50,714 bases of DNA from a virus (lineage: Duplodnaviria; Caudoviricetes): positions 1 through 50,714 of IMG/VR virus record IMGVR_UViG_3300032156_000016, one strand, 5' to 3'. This document shows, one piece after another, positions 26,072 to 36,625 of this stretch (positions are counted from its first letter, which is position 1; the number at the start of each line of letters is the position of its first letter). A program made the translations under genes and the position numbers. A model generated the notes under the pieces. The model worked only from the letters and a program-made list of their open reading frames with translations, was not told where the DNA came from and ran no database searches.

Positions 26072-27795
26072 TGAAATCAAATTGGGCATCAAGGAATCTT
26101 ACTTCAGTTGACAGACTGGAGAAGATTCATAATCCTAAGATATTTGCAAAGACATTTGGTTTAAAAGAGCCATTTATGTTTTGTGCGAATGAGGATTGTA
26201 TTTATATGCCCAAGTCAGCGTGTCCTGCTGGTAAGTTGAAAGATTCGTGTCAAAACTGTTCTTCATTAGACTATGCATTTGGATGTGATCACTTTATAGG
26301 TAAGCCCTTTCAATCTGCTGTTCTATCTTCATCTGTATCTGGCAAGTATAATATTATTACTATAGTAACAGGAAGAGGAACCGGAAAATCTAGTGTTATT
26401 AATACACAAAAAGCAATAATGGAATCTACAACAGAGCCGTATATAAGGGCTTACCTATCTAAATCTAGAATTCCAATACCAGCAAAGATTCTTGTTGTTG
26501 GAAATACTAAGGCAACATCTTTATTACTTAGACATTCTATACATAATACATTTCAATCCAGTGAAAGTTTATATAGCTTTGTTAAGGATGATACTAAAAC
26601 TTATATATCTACTAATGATGGATCGTGTGAGATGTTCTTCCTTACTGCCGGAGTGGATGGCCGTGGTCTTCGCGGACATCATGCAGAGGTAGTTCGTAAT
26701 ATAGAAAAGCTTTCTGTTAAATCGACTATAATATTTATACTCGATGAAGGTATGTTTACAAGAGCAACGAATGTTATAAGTGAAGTAATGATGCCATCAT
26801 TACAAGTTGGAAATATATTCTCCCAAGTTCTTACCACCAGTACTCCGTATGGAAACAAAAATGAAATATCAGAAATGCGTAAGAATCCGATAAAGTCTCA
26901 GCTTGATTTACAATTTGCTTCTTACCATAATAGATTTACTAATTTAAAACTATTACATAGTTTAAGAGAAAAGATGGTCAATGCTGGTCAAGGTACTATA
27001 TATAATAGAGAAGTACTTGGCCTTGAAGTATCAGATGATTCATTGTATTGGTCTTTTAAGGTTTGGTCTAAATCAATAGATGATTCAGTTGATTGGCTAG
27101 ACATAGAAGAAGTAGAAGAATTAAAACGGTCTGCTTCTTCTCTTCCTATACCTGGAGCATATTATTGCGGTATTGATCCTAACAAGTTCAGGCAAATACA
27201 AGGTGGAGATTTTGCAGCATATCATTTAGTGCAAGTAACACAAGATAGAAGAAGAGTAAGGGCATTATCTTTTGGAAAGTATTTAATGGATACTGATGAT
27301 AAATTTATTGATAAACTTGAAATAATTAATGATGTGTTTCGTCCAGTATTTTGTGTTGATGAAAATAGTGGATATGCTCAAAAGCTTAGGTCTAGGGGAT
27401 TTGATGTTCGCAACTGTTCTAATAAACGAAGTGAAATGAATCCAGCAATGAGAATTTGGAAACAAGATATCATTGATGGTATATATAAGCAACCATTTTC
27501 TCAAGCATGGGAAGATGAGAGGCAATGTTTCGTTCCAAAGGAAGATGGTATATCAAACATTCCAATATTAGATCATAAAGGAAATTGGGGACAAGGATTC
27601 TCTAGTGATTTAATGAGAAGCTGTGGATATATATATGAACAGTTAGTGAAAGATTATTCAATAGATGGTTCTAGTCAGATTGTCGTACATTCTTTTGAAG
27701 ATAATGTTGATATTGTACGTCCTAATCTTTCCGATAATGTGTTTGATAGAATTCTCAAATCGTCAGAATCAAGATTCACAAGGCTAAAAAAATGA
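26071..27795 (+). CDS. terL: Terminase large subunit
   Basis: Walker A TGRGTGKS, GLRG, Walker B FILDE, TSTP, nuclease GID..D; precedes portal. Confidence 0.9.
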   Translation: MKSNWASRNLTSVDRLEKIHNPKIFAKTFGLKEPFMFCANEDCIYMPKSACPAGKLKDSCQNCSSLDYAFGCDHFIGKPFQSAVLSSSVSGKYNIITIVTGRGTGKSSVINTQKAIMESTTEPYIRAYLSKSRIPIPAKILVVGNTKATSLLLRHSIHNTFQSSESLYSFVKDDTKTYISTNDGSCEMFFLTAGVDGRGLRGHHAEVVRNIEKLSVKSTIIFILDEGMFTRATNVISEVMMPSLQVGNIFSQVLTTSTPYGNKNEISEMRKNPIKSQLDLQFASYHNRFTNLKLLHSLREKMVNAGQGTIYNREVLGLEVSDDSLYWSFKVWSKSIDDSVDWLDIEEVEELKRSASSLPIPGAYYCGIDPNKFRQIQGGDFAAYHLVQVTQDRRRVRALSFGKYLMDTDDKFIDKLEIINDVFRPVFCVDENSGYAQKLRSRGFDVRNCSNKRSEMNPAMRIWKQDIIDGIYKQPFSQAWEDERQCFVPKEDGISNIPILDHKGNWGQGFSSDLMRSCGYIYEQLVKDYSIDGSSQIVVHSFEDNVDIVRPNLSDNVFDRILKSSESRFTRLKK

Positions 27796-29210
27796 GCTTC
27801 ATTTCTGATCTTATGGATAGAATAAGGCCAGTAGAAGTATATCCGGTTGAACCGGATAGTACTAGTAAGTTGGTAGGCTCTGCTGATCCACTTTCGATAT
27901 CTTATGGTTTCTTCAGTAAGATGAATGAAGTAGTAAGAAACTATGATAGATCAAAGTTTCTTGCATCAATAAAAGATATGACTACTGATTTTGCTATAGC
28001 AGATAAAGCATTGGGTAGACTTTGCGAAGATGCTACATGCAAACCAATTTCAGTAGATGCTCCAGGAAGAAGAAAAAGAATTATAGAAGATATGATTAAA
28101 CAAATAGGATACGAAGAACACCGAATGTCATGGATATATGGGATGCTTAGTCAAGGAGATTTATTTTTACAAAAAGAATATGTTAAGTCTGTTCAACCTG
28201 GCAGGATGGCATTTATATCGCGTGTATTAAAAATGCCAACCGAAACAATGATTAGGAATACCGATGATCGTGATGAATTTTATAATCCGAACGAAGCATT
28301 TTATCAAGTAAATGATATATCAAATATGTCTTCTACAATAAAGACTCCATTCTCAATAGGAAAGATACAACACGCCAGAAATGACTGGGAGCGTAGTGAA
28401 TATTTTAGATATGGAAGATCAATATGGCATAGCGCGGTAAGAGTATTTAATATGGCAGTAATGACCCTTGAAGATTCTGCAATACAAAGACATCAAAGTA
28501 CACAGAATGTATTGTGGCATTTTGTTGGCCGTCATTCAGAAACAAGACCAGGCGAAACTGTTATTAATGAATATGCCAGGAGAGTTAAAAACTCATATAC
28601 AGAATCTACTAATCAAATGTTTGTAGATGGAAGTACACAAGTAGAACAAATTGGCGGTACTAAAAATATAATTGGAACCGTAGATGATATCAGATTAATA
28701 CTTTCTATTCTTGCTATTGCTCTTGATTATCCTCTTGATTTATTGAGTGTGGGTTTGACTGGGCAAAGTGGCGGTGAAGAATTGTTTAGGAAAGAAGTAG
28801 TATTAAAAAGAACCGTAGAAAGTATAATCAAAAGAGAAATTAATTATATATTAAAACCACTAATTGATACTGAGCTTCATCTTGCTGGACAAACAGGAAA
28901 GTATAATTTAATTGCATTTCCAGCTTCATTTGAAGATGCAAACAAGAGAGCGACACGCGGCATATTAGAAGTACAAGCTGGATTGAAATCGTTTCAAACA
29001 TATCACGAAGAAAACAATCCAGAAATATCATTTGAAGAAGAACAAAAGAGAATAAAAAAATGGCAAGCATTCAAAAAAGAATTTGAGGTCGAACCCGAAC
29101 CGACAGAGGCTAGTCCATCAGCGGGAGAGCGTGGGGCGACGGCTGATAAAGAAGATCAGCAGCAACGTCTTACCCCTGGTTCTTTAGGTACTGACAATAG
29201 GAGCGATTAA
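27792..29210 (+). CDS. Portal protein
   Basis: Follows TerL; GD.F, YGRS motifs; size. Confidence 0.85.
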   Translation: MSFISDLMDRIRPVEVYPVEPDSTSKLVGSADPLSISYGFFSKMNEVVRNYDRSKFLASIKDMTTDFAIADKALGRLCEDATCKPISVDAPGRRKRIIEDMIKQIGYEEHRMSWIYGMLSQGDLFLQKEYVKSVQPGRMAFISRVLKMPTETMIRNTDDRDEFYNPNEAFYQVNDISNMSSTIKTPFSIGKIQHARNDWERSEYFRYGRSIWHSAVRVFNMAVMTLEDSAIQRHQSTQNVLWHFVGRHSETRPGETVINEYARRVKNSYTESTNQMFVDGSTQVEQIGGTKNIIGTVDDIRLILSILAIALDYPLDLLSVGLTGQSGGEELFRKEVVLKRTVESIIKREINYILKPLIDTELHLAGQTGKYNLIAFPASFEDANKRATRGILEVQAGLKSFQTYHEENNPEISFEEEQKRIKKWQAFKKEFEVEPEPTEASPSAGERGATADKEDQQQRLTPGSLGTDNRSD

Positions 29211-29212
29211 CT

Positions 29213-30583
29213 ATGATAGTTATACCCATGAACGAAATTCATTCTGGAGATACGAAACAAATCGAGCTTGTTGCTGGTGGAAAGGTAGTAGCGAATATCT
29301 CATTAGACAATGGAAGTATAGTTAGTTTTGCTTTTAATGGTTCTGATTGGAACGAAGCTAAAGCTAGAAAATGGATTAAGAATAAAGGAATCAATGAGAT
29401 CATGTATAGAAAGCATAAAGATGGATCGGTTATGATTAACACAATTAGAATGTCTTCTTCTCCAGTATCTTTAATGACTGGTGAGGCGGAAAAAATACTA
29501 GGTTCTGAAGTGTATATGAAGTTAATGAAAATAGAATCTTCGCATGGAAGTGATAAGCCATTCCTTGTTAATAATCTAGCTATGGATTTTAAGGGCGAAG
29601 ATTTTATAGTTGGCAATGGATTGCGTTTTGATCGCAAGAAAACAATTAGGATGATAGACAAGTTTGGTGGACTTCCTATATATCCTGGCCATATTGGTTT
29701 CTTTGAGGGTCACAAGGAACCGATTGGAAATACGGTAAGCCCATATGTAGATGAAGCTGGAAATCCAGCTAATTATATGTACATTTACCCGCATGGTAAC
29801 GGAAAGGTTTATCGAGAGAATCTTCGTATTGCTGAAGCTCAAGGATTGCTCAAGAATTATCCGGTATCAATGGCCGGTCGTCCTATTAAAATGAAGATAT
29901 TGGATGAAGAAGAGCTAAAAGAGTGCGGTTTCAAATTCCATGCTGAGGTTAATGAATGGGAACCGAAGACTATGGATATTGTAATCGAACCAGCATTAGA
30001 AGGAAGCGGCCCTGTTTCAATAGTAAATCAGTTGATATCAGATGATGGAAGGAGACATAAGATGGATGGTTCGATGAGCGAGATTCTCGCTGCTCTTTCT
30101 GATCATTCTGTCATTGCGCTTAGTGATTTAATGAAGGTTGATGCTGTTAAGAAAGCAATAGAATCTTACGTTGAAGAAAGAATTAGTGTATCTAATAACA
30201 CTATTCTTAATGATGAAAAGATTTCTATTATTATGGCATCGAAACTCCCTAAAGATAAACTTGCTTCTCTTGATTTAGTGAAATCTATCGTTGACGAATC
30301 TATCAAATCAAAACTTGAGCAGATTGAATTAACGAGAGATATGGTTACTAAAGTAGCCGCTAACTCTAAGATTGAGTTAAGTAAGACTCAGGAGCTTTTC
30401 CTTCGTGGAAATATTAAGGACGCAATGAGTGAACAAGATGTTCTTAGGATGATCACGAAAGAAAAAGAGACTGGTAATCTTGATAAGGTTAATGAATTCA
30501 CTCTTGAACATAAAGATGCTGAATCATTAGATGGTGTAGTAATCACAGAAGTAACACTTGAAGAAGTAATGAAGCATATCTAA
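29213..30583 (+). CDS. Prohead protease/scaffold fusion
   Basis: GH...PIG, VS, D.V.EPA motifs plus helical C-terminus; between portal and capsid. Confidence 0.7.
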   Translation: MIVIPMNEIHSGDTKQIELVAGGKVVANISLDNGSIVSFAFNGSDWNEAKARKWIKNKGINEIMYRKHKDGSVMINTIRMSSSPVSLMTGEAEKILGSEVYMKLMKIESSHGSDKPFLVNNLAMDFKGEDFIVGNGLRFDRKKTIRMIDKFGGLPIYPGHIGFFEGHKEPIGNTVSPYVDEAGNPANYMYIYPHGNGKVYRENLRIAEAQGLLKNYPVSMAGRPIKMKILDEEELKECGFKFHAEVNEWEPKTMDIVIEPALEGSGPVSIVNQLISDDGRRHKMDGSMSEILAALSDHSVIALSDLMKVDAVKKAIESYVEERISVSNNTILNDEKISIIMASKLPKDKLASLDLVKSIVDESIKSKLEQIELTRDMVTKVAANSKIELSKTQELFLRGNIKDAMSEQDVLRMITKEKETGNLDKVNEFTLEHKDAESLDGVVITEVTLEEVMKHI

Positions 30584-30595
30584 GGAGGGATTACA

Positions 30596-32236
30596 TTGGA
30601 CGGAAAGCCGTTTGTTGGAAGTGAATTTCAAATGATGTCCAATAGAATCGCTTTATGGGATATGCAGAATCCTAATGCCAAACCTAGAGAACGACTTCGC
30701 TTTTTACTTGCTCAATATGAGAAGCATAACTGGGGAGTATCATCTAGGGATTTAGCACTTGGCAAATCAGTTGATTATGTCAAGGATGGGGATAAGTATC
30801 TTAAAGTCGAATCCGATGTTCGTGGATACTTCTACTGCAATCCAAATACAAAAGGCGATCTTCCTGAGTGTCATGTTGAGAGAACTCGGTTCAAACTTGC
30901 TAATGGTAAGAGAATGTCTGAAAAGGAATATCTTATTGATAGTAGGCGTGAACAAGATGGAAGGAACTTTAAATTAACTTATACTATTACTCCTGATGTT
31001 CATACTACTGGAGAGCAAACTGACGTTTCATCTAAGTCAGTTATGGAATCTGCTATTCCTACTGGTTTTGGAAGTACGTCTGGTATTATTACTCCTGTAT
31101 ATATGAATATGCTTATGGAATTAATGTCTCTTCATGCATTTATGACTCCGTTTGTTACTGTTCAGCCAATGCCTAGTATGTCTTTTTACTTTCCTATTAA
31201 GCTTACGAAAGTAGAAAGTGATCCTGATTATCAGCTTGCTTCTAAGCCTACCCCTGAAGGACGAGCCGGTATGAGTGGATATGAAATTGACTGGACAAAA
31301 TGGGAAGTCAATGGATGGAAATATCTTCGTCATTTTGAACTTACAGATGAAATATCTGAACTTATGGGTCAGTTTTTACCTGTTACTCAAAAGTATATTG
31401 AAGATATGGGTATTGGAATGGCGATGCTTTGGGACTATTCAATCGTTGAGGGTATGCAGCAAATGTTATTATCTGGGTATTGGAGATATCCTAAATATAC
31501 TGCTGGTACTCCTGGTGATTATGCATGGGTAGTCAATGAGAAAGAAATTCCGTGGGGTAAAGCAAGCGTACTAACGACAAATGCAAAATATAATTATTTA
31601 TTTCAAGACCTTAGTGGTGGAACTTATGATGGAAAAATTTATTATCCAGGTTCAACCACCGGAGATGAATTCGAGTATCAGACATCTGGATATGCGCGTT
31701 TGCAGACTACCACAGCAGACGATCTTATTGAAGGAATTCTTGCTTTGGGTACATTGCTTAAGAATAAGGGTTCTACTCTTGAGTATGTTATCCTTACTGA
31801 TTCCTTACAAACAGAGAGGCTTTTTAGGGATGCTAATATGAGGAACCTACAGATTCGTACTGGCGATCTTAAGTTCCAAGATGCTACTGGATATCTTGGC
31901 AAGCTCGCTATTGGTGGATCGGTTTCTTATGTTGATCTTTGGGAAGCTCCTGTTGGACATATTCCTTCGCGTGCTACTACTGACGCTGCTCCTATTACTG
32001 TCTATCCTATTATTGGTGGAAAGTATGGGATGGCATGGAATCAAGGAATCTTTAGTCCATTAACAATGAGAATTGATGAAGGGTTTGAAGCAGTAGCAGA
32101 CGCGGGTTCTGTTGCTCGTCTTCGTCCTACTCAGTCAAAGGTTACGACGGCTTCTAGTAAGGGGTCGTCATGGCCTGGAGATTATCATCATTTAGTTATT
32201 CTCTGGACAAGTAATACTACTCGTCTTAGTGCTTAA
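30596..32236 (+). CDS. Major capsid protein (HK97-like) with N-terminal extension
   Basis: G.ITP, V.VQPM, EG, EL.DE patterns; synteny; AAGGAGG SD with TTG start. Confidence 0.75.
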   Translation: MDGKPFVGSEFQMMSNRIALWDMQNPNAKPRERLRFLLAQYEKHNWGVSSRDLALGKSVDYVKDGDKYLKVESDVRGYFYCNPNTKGDLPECHVERTRFKLANGKRMSEKEYLIDSRREQDGRNFKLTYTITPDVHTTGEQTDVSSKSVMESAIPTGFGSTSGIITPVYMNMLMELMSLHAFMTPFVTVQPMPSMSFYFPIKLTKVESDPDYQLASKPTPEGRAGMSGYEIDWTKWEVNGWKYLRHFELTDEISELMGQFLPVTQKYIEDMGIGMAMLWDYSIVEGMQQMLLSGYWRYPKYTAGTPGDYAWVVNEKEIPWGKASVLTTNAKYNYLFQDLSGGTYDGKIYYPGSTTGDEFEYQTSGYARLQTTTADDLIEGILALGTLLKNKGSTLEYVILTDSLQTERLFRDANMRNLQIRTGDLKFQDATGYLGKLAIGGSVSYVDLWEAPVGHIPSRATTDAAPITVYPIIGGKYGMAWNQGIFSPLTMRIDEGFEAVADAGSVARLRPTQSKVTTASSKGSSWPGDYHHLVILWTSNTTRLSA

Positions 32237-32245
32237 CTAATGATT

Positions 32246-32308
32246 GGGAATGTGGGAGAGGGCAATGTATCCTCCTAATAATACATTTCTTCGCCCTCTC
32301 CCCTTCCC
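32246..32308 (+). ncRNA. Post-capsid hairpin with anti-SD loop
   Basis: GGGAGAGGGC/GCCCTCTCCC plus AATGTAT/ATACATT; loop CCTCCTAATA. Confidence 0.6.
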
Positions 32309-32331
32309 TACTAATATAAAGGTGGTAAATC

Positions 32332-32592
32332 ATGGCCGGTGGACACATGACTTTTCTAGCAATATGGACAGGTCGTGGGAAGAGACAGAAGAAGTTTGTC
32401 AGAGGAAGAGTGCTTAACTTATATGGAATGAAACTTGAGTTAAATAAAAAGACAATTCTTACTAGTGCATTTGTAGAGGCGTGTAGTCTTGATACGGTAG
32501 CTACACATGATGCAGTAAAAGAAAATCTAAGAACAGATTACGGAATAACAATTCTAAAGCCTATTTCTCCGTTAGATGCAGAGGTTGGTTAG
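32332..32592 (+). CDS. Hypothetical protein
   Basis: AAGGTGG SD. Confidence 0.65.
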   Translation: MAGGHMTFLAIWTGRGKRQKKFVRGRVLNLYGMKLELNKKTILTSAFVEACSLDTVATHDAVKENLRTDYGITILKPISPLDAEVG

Positions 32593-32594
32593 TA

Positions 32595-33509
32595 ATGTTA
32601 AGACAATCTTTGTTTACCGATTTAGTTAATGAAGTAAAAGATAATATAGCTGATGTTACAGGTCAGGAAAAGTATAATCCACAGTATATAATGAAGGAAA
32701 TAAAAAGATGTTTGGGCGATCTTCCTTTAGTATATGGACTATCTAATAATACTAGAGTGTCATTTTTATTCGAGCCAATTAGTATGACAGATGTTCTACT
32801 ATATAATAAAGACGTATATGAAAATGCATCTAACATAGAAGTAAATTATTATTTAAAATTATCTAATATTGCATTGCCTGGCCATATAGAATGCAAAGCA
32901 TGGACTATTAATAGTATGAGCCTTGCATTATTAACGCTTAGATGGAATCAAACTGGTACTATAAAGCCACCCACTATTGATATATCATTAGATAAAGATG
33001 TAACTTCTGGTGATTACTTATCAGGAACATGGTTAGTAAGTGGGGCAAGAATAGACCCAATAGTATCGGATAAAGAAATTGACTTAACAGCTTTTCCTTC
33101 CTCCAGTTTTTCTATTAGGTGGAATTTTGAAGCAACATCGGATTATAAGATTCATGATACTATGGCTGACATTGTTCTTATTGATAGAGCAAGATTAATG
33201 GAACATAAAGAGAATATTGTGTATACATGCGCTTCAAATATCTATTCAAAAGAAGCGGCAATAGAAGCAAAGAATGGTGCAATACAGTATGCAGAATTTT
33301 TGAGTAAACAATCAGAGTTATTACTTGCAAGAGCTAAAGGCAGTCGTGGTGGCGGTAAAAGTGTTTCAGTATATGCTGATTCAATGGATAGTGGGTATGA
33401 TAGAGATACTAGATCAAATAAAGTATTTGGACGTAAACTAGAAGCTGGAGATTGGGTAGAGATAGTCGGTAATACAGTAATTGGAAGGCGTATTAGAAGG
33501 ATTTATTGA
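32595..33509 (+). CDS. Head-tail adaptor-like protein
   Basis: Synteny after capsid. Confidence 0.5.
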   Translation: MLRQSLFTDLVNEVKDNIADVTGQEKYNPQYIMKEIKRCLGDLPLVYGLSNNTRVSFLFEPISMTDVLLYNKDVYENASNIEVNYYLKLSNIALPGHIECKAWTINSMSLALLTLRWNQTGTIKPPTIDISLDKDVTSGDYLSGTWLVSGARIDPIVSDKEIDLTAFPSSSFSIRWNFEATSDYKIHDTMADIVLIDRARLMEHKENIVYTCASNIYSKEAAIEAKNGAIQYAEFLSKQSELLLARAKGSRGGGKSVSVYADSMDSGYDRDTRSNKVFGRKLEAGDWVEIVGNTVIGRRIRRIY

Positions 33510-34084
33510 TGCTTCAAGCAACAAATCAAGTTATAACTGTTAGATTCAAAAGAGAGGATATCATTTTAGTAATGAAAGTAGTTAAGGGCGCGTGTAATAT
33601 GTCTCATATATTTAATTCAACAGAGTTACACGGAGATTATCAGAGAGCATTTAGAATGATGCGCGATACTACAATGGTTGCTACTGGAGAACTAAGAAGC
33701 AAAGCTTTCATAACTAGATCAATAGAAGGAACTGGAGCTAAATTTGTAATGGGATATGATAGAACTTCTAATAATCAATCAGAGTTACAAGAATTTGAAG
33801 GTGGAAGAGTACATAGAACAGAGAAGTCTCATTATTTTAATGGCGTATATCCAATGTGTTCGAGATATCCAGAAGATTTATTTAAGAAGTTTGGTGGGTA
33901 TACTTCTAATCCAAGAGCTTCAAGAAGAGCTATGGCAACGTCAATACAAATAGCATTTAACACAAGAGTAAGAAGCGCAACAAGAAGTGGAAGTGATTTA
34001 TATTATACTCCAAATCTTTCATTATATGTAATGAGAAGAGCAGATAGAACAGCCAAACTATTTAAGACGGTTGGTTTAACATGA
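33506..34084 (+). CDS. Neck/tail-completion protein (HK97 gp10-like)
   Basis: V.TGELR motif; basic; synteny. Confidence 0.55.
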   Translation: MMLQATNQVITVRFKREDIILVMKVVKGACNMSHIFNSTELHGDYQRAFRMMRDTTMVATGELRSKAFITRSIEGTGAKFVMGYDRTSNNQSELQEFEGGRVHRTEKSHYFNGVYPMCSRYPEDLFKKFGGYTSNPRASRRAMATSIQIAFNTRVRSATRSGSDLYYTPNLSLYVMRRADRTAKLFKTVGLT

Positions 34085-34635
34085 GTATAGAGGCAATACA
34101 TTCTTACCAAGTATGCATTGGTGATGAATTTATTTATAATGTTAAGTGGACTATCTTATCTCATCTAAGATATATGATGTTATCTGAACCACTCAATTAT
34201 ATTTGGGGAGAAGAGAGATTATCGGATGAAAGTTTTGTAGATTCTACTCCAGCTAGGTTATCATCAAGGCCATTATTCGGAGTAGAGTTTATGGGGTTGG
34301 AGAGAGTAATAGCCAAGAATACTTTTAATGAAGGATTAGTATTTGTAATATCATATAGATCAAGGCGTGGTAATGTAAGACTGGAATCAGAATATGGAAC
34401 TATTAGTGATAGTAGAAAACTAATATTAATACACGATACTATAATTACTAATTTTGGTATGCTTAGTGGTGAAAATAAATTAGAAGTATGGGATTTTAGA
34501 TCAGAAGCAGACATACCAAGAAAACTAAACAAACTTATTAAGATGGATTTACGCGAGTCTTCATTCGACATGGATGAAGTAACTGGCGAACGTGCTAATG
34601 GAGTAGACTTTGTATATGCAGTTAATGAAGGTTGA
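34081..34635 (+). CDS. Putative tail terminator
   Basis: Synteny before tail tube. Confidence 0.5.
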   Translation: MSIEAIHSYQVCIGDEFIYNVKWTILSHLRYMMLSEPLNYIWGEERLSDESFVDSTPARLSSRPLFGVEFMGLERVIAKNTFNEGLVFVISYRSRRGNVRLESEYGTISDSRKLILIHDTIITNFGMLSGENKLEVWDFRSEADIPRKLNKLIKMDLRESSFDMDEVTGERANGVDFVYAVNEG

Positions 34636-34729
34636 TCTGTCCACCAACATAGATCGATATTGCTATAGTCTATTTAATTCCGGCCAACTTAATTGTAGTG
34701 AATTGACACCCGAAAGGAAGGATAGATAG

Positions 34730-35731
34730 ATGAAGACGAAACCTTTCTCTCCGGTGCCTGGACTGGCAGAGAATACATATGTATATGTATTTAACTATGC
34801 CGGTAGTGAAATTGATTTCGTTGCTGACAAGGCAGCATATTTAGCTGAATTAGACAAACATTTTGCAGGTTCATCTGCTTATACAGGGATGAAAGAAAAT
34901 GGTATCGCTGTAACTGGTACTGCTGTTGCTGGCGTTGATCTTACTGTTGGTTCTTCTGGTAATAACGCAACAATAGCTATTGGCGCAGGAGCAGTAGTTA
35001 CTACAGCTATGCAATATGGTTCTGAATCAGCCAAGAAGATTATTCCAATTGTTTTGTATAAAGGTTCTGCTGTTCCGTTTAGTGATTATGTTTTGATTGA
35101 TGAAGCTACCTCAAAAATTACATTAAAGAATAGTGTAATTAATGTTCCTTATAGCACTACGTCAGCAGTAGATTATATAATATATTGGTCTGATCATTTG
35201 TCGGGATATCTTGTCAGTATTGAAGCTCCTAATATTTCATTACCGATTGAATCATCTTCGTTTAGTGCCGTTGGCCATTCTGAGCCAGTCATTAAAATTA
35301 CTAAACGTGGAGAGCCAGAGGCAACCGGAAGTTTGACTGTCATGGAACACATGACGGCATTCATGGATAGTACTAATGCTTTACTTAACGTGCCAGGTGA
35401 AGAGTTACTTTATCGTATTTATGGGCCTGATTGGACTACTCCTAGTAACGCAGGATATACTCAATCACTCTGGAATACATTAAAGGCTCCGACTAGACCG
35501 TTCGGTATTGCTATCTTAACTGTTACCGGCAATCCGTTTGATGGTGGATCAACCGCTTATCAGAACAAGCTTTGGGGAACAATGAACTTTATCTACCATT
35601 GCAAGGTAACAAGCATTGGCCCAAAGCAGAATATTTCTAATGACAGTACCGATCCCATTCTTCGGACTGTTGAATTTACTTGTGCATGGCCCGACCAGAA
35701 TGCTCAGACTAGTATTCTGTGCGGCGTTTAA
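34730..35731 (+). CDS. Major tail (tube) protein
   Basis: Synteny upstream of chaperone and tape measure; composition. Confidence 0.7.
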   Translation: MKTKPFSPVPGLAENTYVYVFNYAGSEIDFVADKAAYLAELDKHFAGSSAYTGMKENGIAVTGTAVAGVDLTVGSSGNNATIAIGAGAVVTTAMQYGSESAKKIIPIVLYKGSAVPFSDYVLIDEATSKITLKNSVINVPYSTTSAVDYIIYWSDHLSGYLVSIEAPNISLPIESSSFSAVGHSEPVIKITKRGEPEATGSLTVMEHMTAFMDSTNALLNVPGEELLYRIYGPDWTTPSNAGYTQSLWNTLKAPTRPFGIAILTVTGNPFDGGSTAYQNKLWGTMNFIYHCKVTSIGPKQNISNDSTDPILRTVEFTCAWPDQNAQTSILCGV

Positions 35732-35762
35732 TGTTCTCTAAGTAATAAAGCAGGAGGATACC

Positions 35763-36236
35763 ATGAGTAGCGAAGTAAAAATTATTTCTATTGGAGATTA
35801 TGTCAAAGATGTTGATAACATCATTACGATTCCCGTAATGCAAAAGAGCCAAGTCTATAATGTTGAACTAAGAATTAAGAAACCTATGGCAGAACATTCG
35901 CATAGGATTATGAATCTCTTAGCTGAGACATTTGGAGATAGATTAGAATCTCTTGCTAATCGTGGAGAGATAACAAATATAATGACATTACCATTAGAAG
36001 AACGCAAGGAAGTATTATTATTTTCTTGGCTTAACTCTGCTACTTTGATATCCTCCTGCTGTTATCATCCAGATCGCAATGAGGATGGTACTCCTATTGA
36101 CGATCCGCGTAGAATTTGGGAAACGGCAGATGAAGTAGGTAAACAATGCCCTAAAGATTTGTTTGATGGGATTAGATCATATCTTGAAGGCGTTGGTATA
36201 GATAAAACAGTAAGCGAAATCGAAGCAAAAAAATAG
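35763..36236 (+). CDS. Tail assembly chaperone (gpG-like)
   Basis: Ends GCA-AAA-AAA-TAG slippery site; upstream of tape measure. Confidence 0.85.
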   Translation: MSSEVKIISIGDYVKDVDNIITIPVMQKSQVYNVELRIKKPMAEHSHRIMNLLAETFGDRLESLANRGEITNIMTLPLEERKEVLLFSWLNSATLISSCCYHPDRNEDGTPIDDPRRIWETADEVGKQCPKDLFDGIRSYLEGVGIDKTVSEIEAKK

Positions 36237-36625
36237 CACGCCACCCGATTGTACGACTGGCCTACATGATGTGCAAGCATGGTCATTCAGGTGGCAAGAA
36301 TTTATTTGAGGTTTTGTATTGTAGGCCGTACATACCACTCGATTATAATTTACAAAGAATAATAGTAGAGTGTATATCATATGATAGTGACATAGAGGCC
36401 GACCACTATGAGCAAGCAAGAACTATTCAAAATGACTCTAATGAGAAATATATAGTAAGAAGTAAAAAGGGAGTGAGAGAACTAAGAAGTGAATTGAAGA
36501 TGGCAACAAAATATCCTCAGTATGTAAATGCTGAAGTCACGCTCCTAACTACAAAGGAGTACAATAGCATTGGTAAATCCGCGAATTACTATAGAGACAT
36601 TACTTCAGCGCGTACAGCCAGGTGA
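36227..36625 (+). CDS. -1 frameshift extension (gpGT-like)
   Basis: A-AAA-AAA at 36227-36233; -1 frame is open from the slip site (KIARHPIVRLAYMMCK...) to 36625. Confidence 0.8.
   Translation, partial: KKIARHPIVRLAYMMCKHGHSGGKNLFEVLYCRPYIPLDYNLQRIIVECISYDSDIEADHYEQARTIQNDSNEKYIVRSKKGVRELRSELKMATKYPQYVNAEVTLLTTKEYNSIGKSANYYRDITSARTAR

Noticed and set aside
32245-32265. Minus-strand RBS plus TTG start for a 10-codon ORF
   Set aside because: Antisense to the late operon with no promoter seen; the anti-SD hairpin reading is preferred, though this is not excluded
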